DNA of 64,000 nucleotides from the IMG/VR virus record IMGVR_UViG_3300022555_000003, positions 160,001-224,000 of that record; one strand, given 5' to 3'. The notes beneath the pieces were generated by a model, which did no database searches, had not been told where the DNA came from, and saw only the letters and a program-made list of their open reading frames with translations. Position 1 is the first letter of the stretch; every line of letters starts with the position of its first letter. A program made the translations under genes and the position numbers. Below are positions 28,232-37,781 of the stretch, one piece after another. Source of the DNA: a virus (Duplodnaviria > Caudoviricetes).

Positions 28232-28999
28232 ATGAATATAGGCATTATAGGTAAGGGCGTTGTTGGGCAAGCTGTTTATACAGGCTTAGAGATGTTAGGG
28301 CACACGATGTCATATTATGATATCAAAGAAAAGAATACTTCGTTACTTGATGTAATAAATACCGATATTGTGTTTATATGTGTTCCCACATTGAATACGA
28401 TATTCAATGAATGTAACATAAGTATAGTTGATAAATGTTGTTACGATTTAGCAGTAAAAAATTATCGTGGGATCGTCGCAATTAAGAGTACTGTTATTCC
28501 AGGCACAACTGAAGCATTAGGCAAAAAGTATTCTAATTTACATATTTGCTTTGTTCCAGAATTTCTTCATGCAGCAAACGCATTAGGTGATTTCTGTAAC
28601 ATGGATGTATTAGTAATTGGATCAAATGATTTAACACATTTTACAACTATAAGTCAGTTACATGGACAATATCCTCAGTTAGTTAGATTTGTAAATCCAA
28701 CTGAAGCTGAATTAATAAAGTATTTTAACAATGTTCACAATGCAATGAATTGTACATTTGCTAATATTTTTCATGAAGTATGCAAAAAATTTGGTGTTAA
28801 CTATGATAATATATTACATGCAATTGCTGAACGTCCGAATATTAGTCCATTGTATCTAAAATCAGATTCTGAATATGGAGCATTTGGTGGTGAATGTTTA
28901 CCAAAAGATACTATTGCTTTTAACACTCTACTAAGTAAGTTGAAACTAAATTACAGTTTAATTGATTCAATCTTAATGGATAACGAGAAATTTAAATGA
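28232..28999 (+). CDS. UDP-glucose/GDP-mannose dehydrogenase family (short form)
   Basis: GKGVVG, FICVPT, KSTVIPGT, PEFL, ELIKY, GGECLPKD. Confidence 0.88.
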   Translation: MNIGIIGKGVVGQAVYTGLEMLGHTMSYYDIKEKNTSLLDVINTDIVFICVPTLNTIFNECNISIVDKCCYDLAVKNYRGIVAIKSTVIPGTTEALGKKYSNLHICFVPEFLHAANALGDFCNMDVLVIGSNDLTHFTTISQLHGQYPQLVRFVNPTEAELIKYFNNVHNAMNCTFANIFHEVCKKFGVNYDNILHAIAERPNISPLYLKSDSEYGAFGGECLPKDTIAFNTLLSKLKLNYSLIDSILMDNEKFK

Positions 29000-29244
29000 G
29001 ACAAAAGTTAATTAATACACTAAAACTATTAGAAAAGAAGGTTCCTCCTCCTAGAAAATGTCATCATTCATTGACGTATAATACATATGGTCCTGACAGA
29101 GATGAACTAGGATTACATGTTAATATAGATGGGTGTTTTGTTACATTATTTTTGCAAGATGATGATTTTGATAAAACTCCTGAAACGTTAGTAGATGATA
29201 TCATATTAGAGTTAGACAAATATTTTAAGAGATTATCAGAATGA
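28996..29244 (+). CDS. hypothetical protein
   Basis: 82 aa with ATGA overlaps on both sides. Confidence 0.65.
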   Translation: MRQKLINTLKLLEKKVPPPRKCHHSLTYNTYGPDRDELGLHVNIDGCFVTLFLQDDDFDKTPETLVDDIILELDKYFKRLSE

Positions 29245-30134
29245 GACAGAAAATATTAGTAACTGGTGCTAGTGGATTGCTTGGAACAGAATTATGTCTC
29301 CAGTTATCCACTCTAGGCGTTGAAGTTTGGGCGGTTGATAACCACAGTAGAAGTTCTAGTATTCCAGTATGCGATAAATTTATCAAATGTGATGTAAGTG
29401 ATCCAAATCAATACTATCATTTTGATTTTGATTTCGACTATATTTTTCATTATGCTGCTGTTAATGGAACTACTAACTTCTATTCAAATCCAAACAAAGT
29501 ATTATATAATAATACAATGGGCGATCTACTAATGTTTGAGTTTGCCAAGAAATGCAAAAATCTTAAAAAACTTATTTATGCTAGTAGTAGTGAAATAGTA
29601 TCTGATGATATAACTCCAACTGCTGAAGTATCAAATTCATCTATAGATGATATTCATAACCCACGTTGGTCTTATAGATTGTCTAAGATGAGTGCAGAAA
29701 ATTATCTAAGTAATAGTGATCTTCCATATTTAATTATTAGATATTTTAATGTATATGGTAACGAAACTTTCCCGGGACACTTTGTATTTGATCAAATTAC
29801 TAAAATTAAAAAAGGTATTTTTGAATTAATTGGTGCTTATGAAACACGTTCTTTTTGTCATGTTAGTGATGCCATAAAAGTTACAATTTGTGCAATACCT
29901 AGTTTTCCAACTAATGAAATTGTTAATATTGGTTCTGATGAAGAGATACTAATTATTGATGCAGCAAATGCATTGGCTAGTATGTTAGGCCACAACTGTC
30001 CAAATTGGAGACTATTAGATGGTATGGAAGGCAGTACTAAAACACGTAGGCCTGATTTATATAAACTATTAAGAGCTGTCCCAAGTTATAAGCCAATGAA
30101 GTTCATTGATGGAATAAAGCTTTTATCTTGTTGA
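29241..30134 (+). CDS. extended SDR, UDP-glucuronate decarboxylase (UXS/ArnA)-like
   Basis: TGASGLLG, ASSSE, PRWSYRLSK, RYFNVYG, TRSFCHVSD. Confidence 0.78.
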   Translation: MRQKILVTGASGLLGTELCLQLSTLGVEVWAVDNHSRSSSIPVCDKFIKCDVSDPNQYYHFDFDFDYIFHYAAVNGTTNFYSNPNKVLYNNTMGDLLMFEFAKKCKNLKKLIYASSSEIVSDDITPTAEVSNSSIDDIHNPRWSYRLSKMSAENYLSNSDLPYLIIRYFNVYGNETFPGHFVFDQITKIKKGIFELIGAYETRSFCHVSDAIKVTICAIPSFPTNEIVNIGSDEEILIIDAANALASMLGHNCPNWRLLDGMEGSTKTRRPDLYKLLRAVPSYKPMKFIDGIKLLSC

Positions 30135-30956
30135 CTGCCAACTCGGCTTAAATTCTTTTACTGAATCAGGTTCAACATCATTATAATGTGTTGTATTAAA
30201 AACTGTATCTGCTCTAGGACTTGTCATTGCGTCAGCTGAGGGTCTAGTAAGTCTACCTTTTTCAGGTTTCTTTTTAAACATGTCTAACAAGCTTTCATTG
30301 ATATCATATTGCTGGTAAAGATTTTCTAACTCTTTAGCATATAGTCTGTCAGAACTAAATTTCTTCATCTTTTCTGGAATCTTCTTAAATAATTTAACCC
30401 ACATATCAACAAATTTTACTGGAAGAGTTCGTTCACTCCAGTTAATTCCAATACCATCTGAATCAATACCGGGTCCATAAATTCTAAACCAAAATGTTTT
30501 ATTGTCAGGTTCAGACTCTGTCCATGCCTTAACTGTATATTGTCCATCTGAAGATTTAATGTCTGGTAAGTCTGATACTCCACCACCCATTGGCTTACTT
30601 CCTTGTGCTGTTGGTTCTGGCGCGTCAAAACTATCTTCTTGAACAGTTGTTTCGCTTACTTTATTATAGTCAGTTACTTCTAACCAACCATCATAATGTA
30701 ATGCTGCTCTAAGCTTATCTTCAAATGCTCTTATTGGTAACTTTTTTGTATTAGATGCAGCAATATTCCACATTGTGGATCCATCGCTATAACCACTATC
30801 AAAAATTGAAGATTTTCCTAATAACTGTCTAACTGCCTTAGTTATTGAGTCACGACCACCTTGAGGAATTTTAACTTTAAACGTTTCAGGAGCTTTAGTA
30901 ACTCCAGCTTCTTGCATACGGGTCATTGTTTCTAACAGTGTTCGAATATTACTCAT
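30123..30956 (-). CDS. hypothetical virion/core-type protein with Glu-leader
   Basis: Likely start MSNIRTLLETMTRMQEA (ATGA overlap); several internal [ILV]xE sites. Confidence 0.65.
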   Translation of the reverse strand: MSNIRTLLETMTRMQEAGVTKAPETFKVKIPQGGRDSITKAVRQLLGKSSIFDSGYSDGSTMWNIAASNTKKLPIRAFEDKLRAALHYDGWLEVTDYNKVSETTVQEDSFDAPEPTAQGSKPMGGGVSDLPDIKSSDGQYTVKAWTESEPDNKTFWFRIYGPGIDSDGIGINWSERTLPVKFVDMWVKLFKKIPEKMKKFSSDRLYAKELENLYQQYDINESLLDMFKKKPEKGRLTRPSADAMTSPRADTVFNTTHYNDVEPDSVKEFKPSWQSTR

Positions 30957-31405
30957 TTCTTTTTTCCTTTTGATTCCATACATCCACCACCAACTGCTTT
31001 TGATGTTTGTTTCTTTGGTTTTCCACCTAGTACTGGTGATTGATTAGGTATCTTTTCTTCTGCATCTAAATATTCTTTAAAAGAATAACTATCAATGGGT
31101 TTGTTTAATAATGCTTCTTCATCTGTTTGCTTTTTCTTATTTTTTGTCATAGCAAAGAAGCTCTTAGTACTTGACCCTGACTTTTTAATATCGCCTTTAG
31201 TGTATGTCCAACCATAATCATTAAGTGTCACTTTAGAATTCCCATAAGTATATATAGATTCGTCTTCTATACGGCCAGCATAGTGCCAATTTAAATTTTC
31301 AAGATATGATCCAATGGTGTCTGGACTCATTCCATATTCGTCATCGCCAGACCATTCTTTAATCATTTTGTCCATTGATTCTAATATTTTTTTAATGTTA
31401 GCCAT
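30953..31405 (-). CDS. hypothetical virion/core-type protein with Glu-leader
   Basis: Starts MANIKKILESMDKMIKE, similar to the adjacent gene's leader. Confidence 0.65.
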   Translation of the reverse strand: MANIKKILESMDKMIKEWSGDDEYGMSPDTIGSYLENLNWHYAGRIEDESIYTYGNSKVTLNDYGWTYTKGDIKKSGSSTKSFFAMTKNKKKQTDEEALLNKPIDSYSFKEYLDAEEKIPNQSPVLGGKPKKQTSKAVGGGCMESKGKKK

Positions 31406-31406
31406 A

Positions 31407-31571
31407 TTATTTTCCTGTAATCTGCTTCACTAAATTTGAAAACATACTTCCAATGGCAGAAAATATCTGTTTAAAATTTGCTTTGTTGCTTTGAAAGAAA
31501 ATAACAATTTGCTTTGATACAGCCACAATTGCATTTTTAATACCTACTAAAATCTTTTTAACTATTGTCAT
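31407..31571 (-). CDS. 54-aa cationic amphipathic peptide
   Basis: Manual translation MTIVKKILVGIKNAIVAVSKQIVIFFQSNKANFKQIFSAIGSMFSNLVKQITGK; ATGA-coupled and fills the gap exactly. Confidence 0.6.
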   Translation of the reverse strand: MTIVKKILVGIKNAIVAVSKQIVIFFQSNKANFKQIFSAIGSMFSNLVKQITGK

Positions 31572-32224
31572 TGTATATTCCTTGCAAAATCAGCAAATTG
31601 TTTTGTGATTTTCGCTACTTCATCTTCTTTGGGTGCTTCTTTAACTACTTTCTTTCGAGTAAGTTGTCTAGTAACTGTGCCTGGTCCGCCGTTTAAAAAT
31701 CCATTGCCTCCACCCATACTGCCAGCAATTCCACCGCTTGATGTTCCACCACTCCCTGCGTCTTCACTTAAAAATTTAGCATCTAAGAGTGATAATAAAC
31801 CACTTATAGTATTAGATACTACAGTCTTAGATAACATTCTAACTGGATCAACAACATCCATATAATACTTATTAATAATAATTTGCTCTTGCTCTGCTCC
31901 GTTTGCACCAGCTTTAGGTGAATAAAAGTGTCTAAAATTCTTACTATTAGTACATAACTTTTCGATTTGCTTTACACCTTTATAGATATATTTACGTGAA
32001 TCCGTTGTATACATACCTTCTAACCAAAGTTCGCTTTTAGCAATGTAAAATCTAATATCACCATGTTCTATACTAATTCCAAATTTTTGACTTATATCTT
32101 CATGAAATATTACATCGTTTGATCTAGAATCACTTAGTGAAGGAAGTTTAACTGCGCCAGATTTGGTAATCCAACCAAACATTGTATAGTTTAAATTTCT
32201 AGAAAATACTTCTTTAATTAGCAT
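31568..32224 (-). CDS. hypothetical protein with Glu-leader and Gly/Ser-rich tail
   Basis: True start MLIKEV, 5 nt after GATAAATA (32230-32237); GWITKSG...H.D...IRF domain; EDAGSGGTSSGGIAG. Confidence 0.7.
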   Translation of the reverse strand: MLIKEVFSRNLNYTMFGWITKSGAVKLPSLSDSRSNDVIFHEDISQKFGISIEHGDIRFYIAKSELWLEGMYTTDSRKYIYKGVKQIEKLCTNSKNFRHFYSPKAGANGAEQEQIIINKYYMDVVDPVRMLSKTVVSNTISGLLSLLDAKFLSEDAGSGGTSSGGIAGSMGGGNGFLNGGPGTVTRQLTRKKVVKEAPKEDEVAKITKQFADFARNIQ

Positions 32225-32228
32225 AATA

Positions 32229-32723
32229 TTATTTATCCAATTCTCCATATCCTTGTGCTTGCCCTTCATCACTGGTTGTAAAAATACTATTACTTCTTCT
32301 AGCTTCAATTCCAAGTAGTTTCAAATTCTTATCATAAGCAATTGTATTATCAATATCACTATCGACGGTCCGTCTTTTTTCAATACTAGCTGATTCAAAA
32401 ATTACTCCAGATGGTCTTGTGCCACGAAATAATACTTTTTTTATTGTATCAAAAATATTAAGATAGTTACTAGCTTCTTTTTGTATTTTCTTTATTACAT
32501 CTACTTCTTTCTTTATAACTTGTTTAACCTGAGATAATTCTTTCAAATAATGTCCTTTTGCAGTCTGATGAATGTTTTTAACGGCATCGTTTGTTGTTTG
32601 TTTAATGTTATAATCAGAATCTTTAATCCAATAATTCAGTTTTTCCAGATGTGATTCGTCTTCCCACTTGTTTATTAAAACAGTACGATGGCTCTTTGCT
32701 TCCATTAAGTCAATTATTTTCAT
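32229..32723 (-). pseudogene. ART-array copy 1, 3'-truncated (lacks catalytic-Glu segment)
   Basis: LFRG and RSNSIFTTS present; ends GYGELDK* inside the next gene's late promoter. Confidence 0.75.
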
Positions 32724-33568
32724 TTAGTGTATCCTAATTTTCTTCTAATTGTTTGAAATTCAAAAAAGTACTTTTCTAATATAGCAAAATATGCTCCATG
32801 TATTAGTACTTCATTTTCTGATTTTAAGGCGGCTGGAAAATTCTTATTAGTAACTCTAAATTTTTTCTGAAAGCTATCTAAATCTGGTTCTCTATTTAAT
32901 AATTCTCTAGTATATTTAAGTACTGGAGATTCGGGGAATTTCAATGATATCCATTTTAAATTATCTACTATAGTACTTTTTTCTGTAAAACCTAATATTT
33001 CATATAGTTTAAATTTATAGTCAATCAAAGTAGATTTTAATTTCCAAACAAGATTATTATATTCTTTATCAGCCCTTTCAATCTCGCTGTCAATTACATT
33101 TGTTATTTCTTTTGGATAATCTTTTACATAACTACCCATATGATCTAAAATCAAATCATTGTGTATTCTGCTCCAACTAAATACTGCTGTATTTTTTGGA
33201 ATGATGACATATGATATTTGTCCGTAGTCTGAAGAAGAATCCAAACTAGATGTGGTAAAAATACTATTACTTCTAAGAGCTTTAATACCAAGTAACGTCA
33301 TCAAATTATCATATCTTAGAGTATCCGATTTGCTACTATCCATTGGACGTCTATTTTCAATACTTTCACCTTCAAAAATTACTCCAGTTTTTTTAGTTCC
33401 TCTATATAATACTCTATGTGTTGCATCAAATACTTTAAGATATTTACTGCATTCTTTCTGTATTTTAATAGTAATGTCAGTATTTATTTGTGCGCCGTCT
33501 TCCCACTTGTTTATTAAAATTACACGGGTTGAATGTTTCTTTGCTTCCATTAAGTCAGTTATTTTCAT
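32720..33568 (-). CDS. putative R-S-E ADP-ribosyltransferase, copy 2 (ExE)
   Basis: LYRG, RSNSIFTTSS, SENEVLIHG; leader MKITDLMEA. Confidence 0.75.
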   Translation of the reverse strand: MKITDLMEAKKHSTRVILINKWEDGAQINTDITIKIQKECSKYLKVFDATHRVLYRGTKKTGVIFEGESIENRRPMDSSKSDTLRYDNLMTLLGIKALRSNSIFTTSSLDSSSDYGQISYVIIPKNTAVFSWSRIHNDLILDHMGSYVKDYPKEITNVIDSEIERADKEYNNLVWKLKSTLIDYKFKLYEILGFTEKSTIVDNLKWISLKFPESPVLKYTRELLNREPDLDSFQKKFRVTNKNFPAALKSENEVLIHGAYFAILEKYFFEFQTIRRKLGYTK

Positions 33569-34554
33569 TTAAGTAATCCTAACTTAGTTCTGAGTGGTTG
33601 AAGGTGTACGAAGAAGTCCTCTTCAGCTACAGCAAAATATTCTCCGTGTATTAATACTTCATGCTTGGATCTGATTGCTGCTGAAAAATAAGAATCATAA
33701 ACTCCATACTTTTTTTGAAATTCTTTAAGATTATATGTTGGATTTATTAGTTCTTCTGAATATTTAAGTATTGGAGATTTTGGTTTATTTTTAGAGATCC
33801 AACTAACTAACCCTTTGGCATCTTCGATAGTTTCTTGATACAACAAATCTCTCAATGAATTATTATATTCTGTCATTTCTTCAATTTTATTTTCGTCTTT
33901 TAGTTTCGATATAATAGCGTCACTTTTATCAAGCTCTTTTTTAATCACATCTTTTAATTTACTAGAATACCTAGGGCCTAATAATGCTCTTCTATGTGTA
34001 GAATCTAACACCAAATCAGAATATATAAAGCTCCAACTAAACACTGCTGTATTCTTAGGTATAATTACATATACTTTGCTTCCATAATCACTTGCCTGAT
34101 TTGAACTTCCTGTTGTAAATGTACTATTACAACGTAAGGCTTCAATACCAAGTAACTTCAATTTTTCATCATATTCTTTTGACAAAAGATTACTACTGTC
34201 CTTAGGATGACGATTTATTGGACTCGTTGCTTCAAATATAGATCCTCCGTTAGTAGTACCTCTGAATAAAAAATTGTTGATTTGATCATATACTTTAATG
34301 TAATTACTACATTCTTTTTGTATTCTCTTAGCAATAGCAGTCTCTGAATTAATAATTGGTTTTATTTTGGATAACTCTTTCTCACAATCTTTTAGTAGTT
34401 TTTTAAACTTTGTCTTTTCTTTTGGATCTTTTTCTTGTTTAATAAGAGATGTGATATCGACGATATCTTTATTTACATCTAATCCATCTACCCATTTAGT
34501 CAGTAAAGTTTTTCGTTTACTAACAGATTCTAATAGTAAGTCATTTATTTTCAT
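33565..34554 (-). CDS. putative R-S-E ADP-ribosyltransferase, copy 3
   Basis: LFRG, RCNSTFTTGS, SKHEVLIHG; leader MKINDLLLES. Confidence 0.75.
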   Translation of the reverse strand: MKINDLLLESVSKRKTLLTKWVDGLDVNKDIVDITSLIKQEKDPKEKTKFKKLLKDCEKELSKIKPIINSETAIAKRIQKECSNYIKVYDQINNFLFRGTTNGGSIFEATSPINRHPKDSSNLLSKEYDEKLKLLGIEALRCNSTFTTGSSNQASDYGSKVYVIIPKNTAVFSWSFIYSDLVLDSTHRRALLGPRYSSKLKDVIKKELDKSDAIISKLKDENKIEEMTEYNNSLRDLLYQETIEDAKGLVSWISKNKPKSPILKYSEELINPTYNLKEFQKKYGVYDSYFSAAIRSKHEVLIHGEYFAVAEEDFFVHLQPLRTKLGLLK

Positions 34555-35534
34555 AATAATTTTTTAACCATTGGCCAAAATAGATGATTAATGGCAATAT
34601 ATTTTCCGTGTATTAATACTTCGTTACGAGACTGTAATGCCGCTGGCATATCACTATTAGTGATCTGATATTTCTTTTGAAATTTATCTAAATTAATTGT
34701 AATTGTATATTCAATGAGATCATGAAGTATTGTCGAGTTTGGAAAGTTTTTCTCTATAAAATCTAAAGTGTAAAATCGTGTATCAACTTGTTTAAACTTA
34801 ATAATATCTTTTAAAATTAGAATATATCTATACATGACTCTGTGTTTGTCGGGGAGATAGTAATCATCGTCATTTATCAGGTGTTGATATTTTGATAATT
34901 CTAGTCTAGATTTGTTAATTAACTCAATTGGTAAATCATACAAATCATCAAACGAATTACTTGTTAGTACTATATCGTCGGACGTCAATGAGCATGAAAA
35001 GTCTGCTGAATCTTCAGGAATAATTATATATGTATTCCCATATATTTGTACAGCCTGTTTCGAACTACTAGTAAAAATACTATTCAATCGAAGCGCTTTA
35101 ATACCTAATTGTGTTGCACATCCATCAAACAACTTACTCATTATAGCACTACTATCAAGTGGTCTTCTTTCTGACAGAGATTCTGATTCAAATGCAGTTA
35201 AGTTTCCATTGATGCCACGATATAACCATCTTTGTTCTTGTTTAAAAATATTTACATACTTATTGCAACTAGATTTAACTATCTGTTGAACATTATTTAT
35301 AACATCCCTATAGTTAGTCATGTCATTAATTATTTTTTCTTCCTCATCAATGACATTCTCATAATATCCAATACTCTCTGTATCAATGGGTTCACTAGAC
35401 TTAATTAAATCTATTTTATTTCTGAGGCGGTCAATACGCTCTATACAAGATGTATAAACAATAATATCAAAATTACCAGTCAATGAGACTTTCTTAGGAG
35501 CTCCATCTTCATTGATAATCTCTGAGAAACGCAT
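34551..35534 (-). CDS. putative R-S-E ADP-ribosyltransferase, copy 4
   Basis: LYRG, RLNSIFTSSS, SRNEVLIHG; leader MRFSEIINE. Confidence 0.75.
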   Translation of the reverse strand: MRFSEIINEDGAPKKVSLTGNFDIIVYTSCIERIDRLRNKIDLIKSSEPIDTESIGYYENVIDEEEKIINDMTNYRDVINNVQQIVKSSCNKYVNIFKQEQRWLYRGINGNLTAFESESLSERRPLDSSAIMSKLFDGCATQLGIKALRLNSIFTSSSKQAVQIYGNTYIIIPEDSADFSCSLTSDDIVLTSNSFDDLYDLPIELINKSRLELSKYQHLINDDDYYLPDKHRVMYRYILILKDIIKFKQVDTRFYTLDFIEKNFPNSTILHDLIEYTITINLDKFQKKYQITNSDMPAALQSRNEVLIHGKYIAINHLFWPMVKKLL

Positions 35535-35537
35535 TAG

Positions 35538-35984
35538 TTAGGCCCTTGCTTTCTTAGTCATTGACCGCATTTTCCACGCCCATTTTTCGTGAGCAGCAAT
35601 ACGATCCTGTAAAAAGTTTTGTAGACCTAAATGATCACCAGCTTGAGCATAAGTTTCTTCTAATAGCTTAATCACAACATGATTGTTTTCTAATAGCTCT
35701 TCAATCATTAATTCAGCTCTAGGAACTAGTAATTGTTCACTAATTTCAGTTAGTTCAGCAAAACGTGCTAAACTTCCTGGAGCATATATGTCAAGTGCTC
35801 TGATATGTTCAGCAATATCATCACATGATTCAAACACATCCTGATATAATTCACCTAGGAATGCATGATAAGAATGAAAATGGGGACCTTCTAGGTTCCA
35901 ATGGAAGTATTGAGCTTTTAGTTGGAATACATAAGATGTAGCTAATAAACGTTTGATCTTTTCTTCGAGATGTAGGATAGTCAT
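35538..35984 (-). CDS. dps: Dps-family mini-ferritin
   Basis: KAQYFHWNLEGPHFHSYH...DDIAEHIRAL...HEKWAW; GATAAATA 5 nt upstream. Confidence 0.92.
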   Translation of the reverse strand: MTILHLEEKIKRLLATSYVFQLKAQYFHWNLEGPHFHSYHAFLGELYQDVFESCDDIAEHIRALDIYAPGSLARFAELTEISEQLLVPRAELMIEELLENNHVVIKLLEETYAQAGDHLGLQNFLQDRIAAHEKWAWKMRSMTKKARA

Positions 35985-36011
35985 ATAACTATTTATCTAC
36001 ATGTTAAAATA

Positions 36012-36786
36012 TCATTCACCAAATAATTTTATTTTAATATCTGGCCACACACTAATGTGAATACCATAATATTCGCCATGTATTAATATTTCATTGCCTG
36101 ATTTTAATGCACTAACGAAGTTTGTTGAATCAATTTGATATTTTGCTTGAAACTTATTAATATTTGCTGGAACGTCTTTGGCATCATCTAATATAATATC
36201 ATCGTGAGTTTTACTCCAACTAAAATCAGCGGAGTCTTTTGGTATAATTATATATCTTGTTCTAGTTGTATTCTGACCAAAATTTAAATAGGCAGAGATT
36301 TGGCTAGCATCTCCGCTAGTAAAAATACTATTTTTTCGTTGAGCTTTAACACCCAATTTATCTAACTGCCTGTCAAACAAAATAGACATATAATTATCAC
36401 TATCAACAGGAATTCTGTCAATGAGACTCCTGTCTTGATATAATGCTCCACGATTTTTTCTGGCACTATATAAACATTCGTCGGTTTGTTTAAACACACT
36501 TAAATATTTTTTACACTCAGCGTTAATTTGCGGAATAAAATTGTCAAATTGTGCTAAGTAATCAGTAAATTGCTTCATCAACATTGTATATTTTACTGTT
36601 TCTTCATCAATATAATCCTGTGTTGATTTATATTCGGGGTTACTTTTATCAATCTTAATAAGATATATTTTTAATTCTTTTATATTGTGATCAATTTGAA
36701 GAATTTTTTTTATTTAAACTAGCTTGTATTTTGGGAACTAAAATTTGTTGATGTTTAGTTTCAGTTAAAAATTCATGTGATCTCAT
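36012..36786 (-). pseudogene. ART-array copy 5, frameshifted in an A8 run (or sequencing error)
   Basis: MRSHEFLTE start at 36786 goes out of frame at the T8 tract near 36704-36711; removing one base joins it to the 190-aa ORF with LYSAR, RKNSIFTSG, GNEILIHG. Confidence 0.7.
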
Positions 36787-37781
36787 TTTAATAATTTACC
36801 TTTGAGTGCTTCCCAAACTGAACTATGCAAGCCATAAAACTCACCATGTATTAGTATTTCATTTCTGGTACTAAGTGCTTTATCAAAATTAGTTGTATCA
36901 ATTTTAAATATGTCTATAAACTTCTTTATATCAACAGTTGGTTTATATTTAAGAAGTTTTTTGGATATTTTCAGTATTGGCGAATTAGGAAATATTTGTT
37001 TAATACGTCTTAAATTAAAATCCATGTTTGTATAATTTTGCTTGTCAAGATTATATAATATCTTGTGATATTCATTACTGGTCCAGTAATGATCATCATC
37101 GTCATTATTATCAATATCATCTGTTACTTTTCCCAACTCATCGCTTATTATTTTTTTAAATGGACTATCTACATAAGTTGGAATTATTGATGAGTTGCTT
37201 AGTATTAGATCGTCGTTGGATTCACTCCAGCTAAAATCAGCTGTACTTTTAGGTATAATAACATACTTTGTTTGGCCATAGCCACCAGCATGTGATGAGT
37301 CAGACGAAGTAAAAATACTATTTCCTCTGCGTGCTTTAACACCCATTTCTTGTAATATTTTGTCAAATGATATAGTAATTCCTTGGTCGCTGTCTCTTAC
37401 TTGTCTATTTTCAACACTACGTCCAACATATAATCCACCATGCATTCTACGGCCACTAAACAAACACTTATCTGTACGTTTGTAAGCGTCTAGATAAGTT
37501 TTACAGTCGTTACGAATTTGAGGAATGAATGGTGTAAATAATTTTAAATAGTCTTGGCATCTCTTTTTAATTCTTGCATACTTAGCTTCTGCAGCATCTA
37601 ATTCAATTTTAACTTGTTCAGCTGATGAAGCATTAAAATCTTTACTGGTGTTGTTTACAAGATTATTATATCTTTTCTTTAAGTAATAAACAGTATGTCG
37701 GTTTAATGTAACATTATTTATTAACTCAGTATTTATAGGTGTTACTAAAACTTCCATATCTATTACTTCATTGATTTTCAT
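36783..37781 (-). CDS. putative ADP-ribosyltransferase, copy 6 (FSGR variant)
   Basis: LFSGRR, RGNSIFTSSDS, TRNEILIHG; leader MKINEVIDME. Confidence 0.7.
   Translation of the reverse strand: MKINEVIDMEVLVTPINTELINNVTLNRHTVYYLKKRYNNLVNNTSKDFNASSAEQVKIELDAAEAKYARIKKRCQDYLKLFTPFIPQIRNDCKTYLDAYKRTDKCLFSGRRMHGGLYVGRSVENRQVRDSDQGITISFDKILQEMGVKARRGNSIFTSSDSSHAGGYGQTKYVIIPKSTADFSWSESNDDLILSNSSIIPTYVDSPFKKIISDELGKVTDDIDNNDDDDHYWTSNEYHKILYNLDKQNYTNMDFNLRRIKQIFPNSPILKISKKLLKYKPTVDIKKFIDIFKIDTTNFDKALSTRNEILIHGEFYGLHSSVWEALKGKLLK

Noticed and set aside
32225-32314. Track start MELKLEEV for the 31568 ORF (and similar extensions at 1019, 5964, 6811, 39858, 58380)
   Set aside because: The extensions overlap upstream genes in another frame; promoter, SD or coupling evidence supports the shorter starts given.
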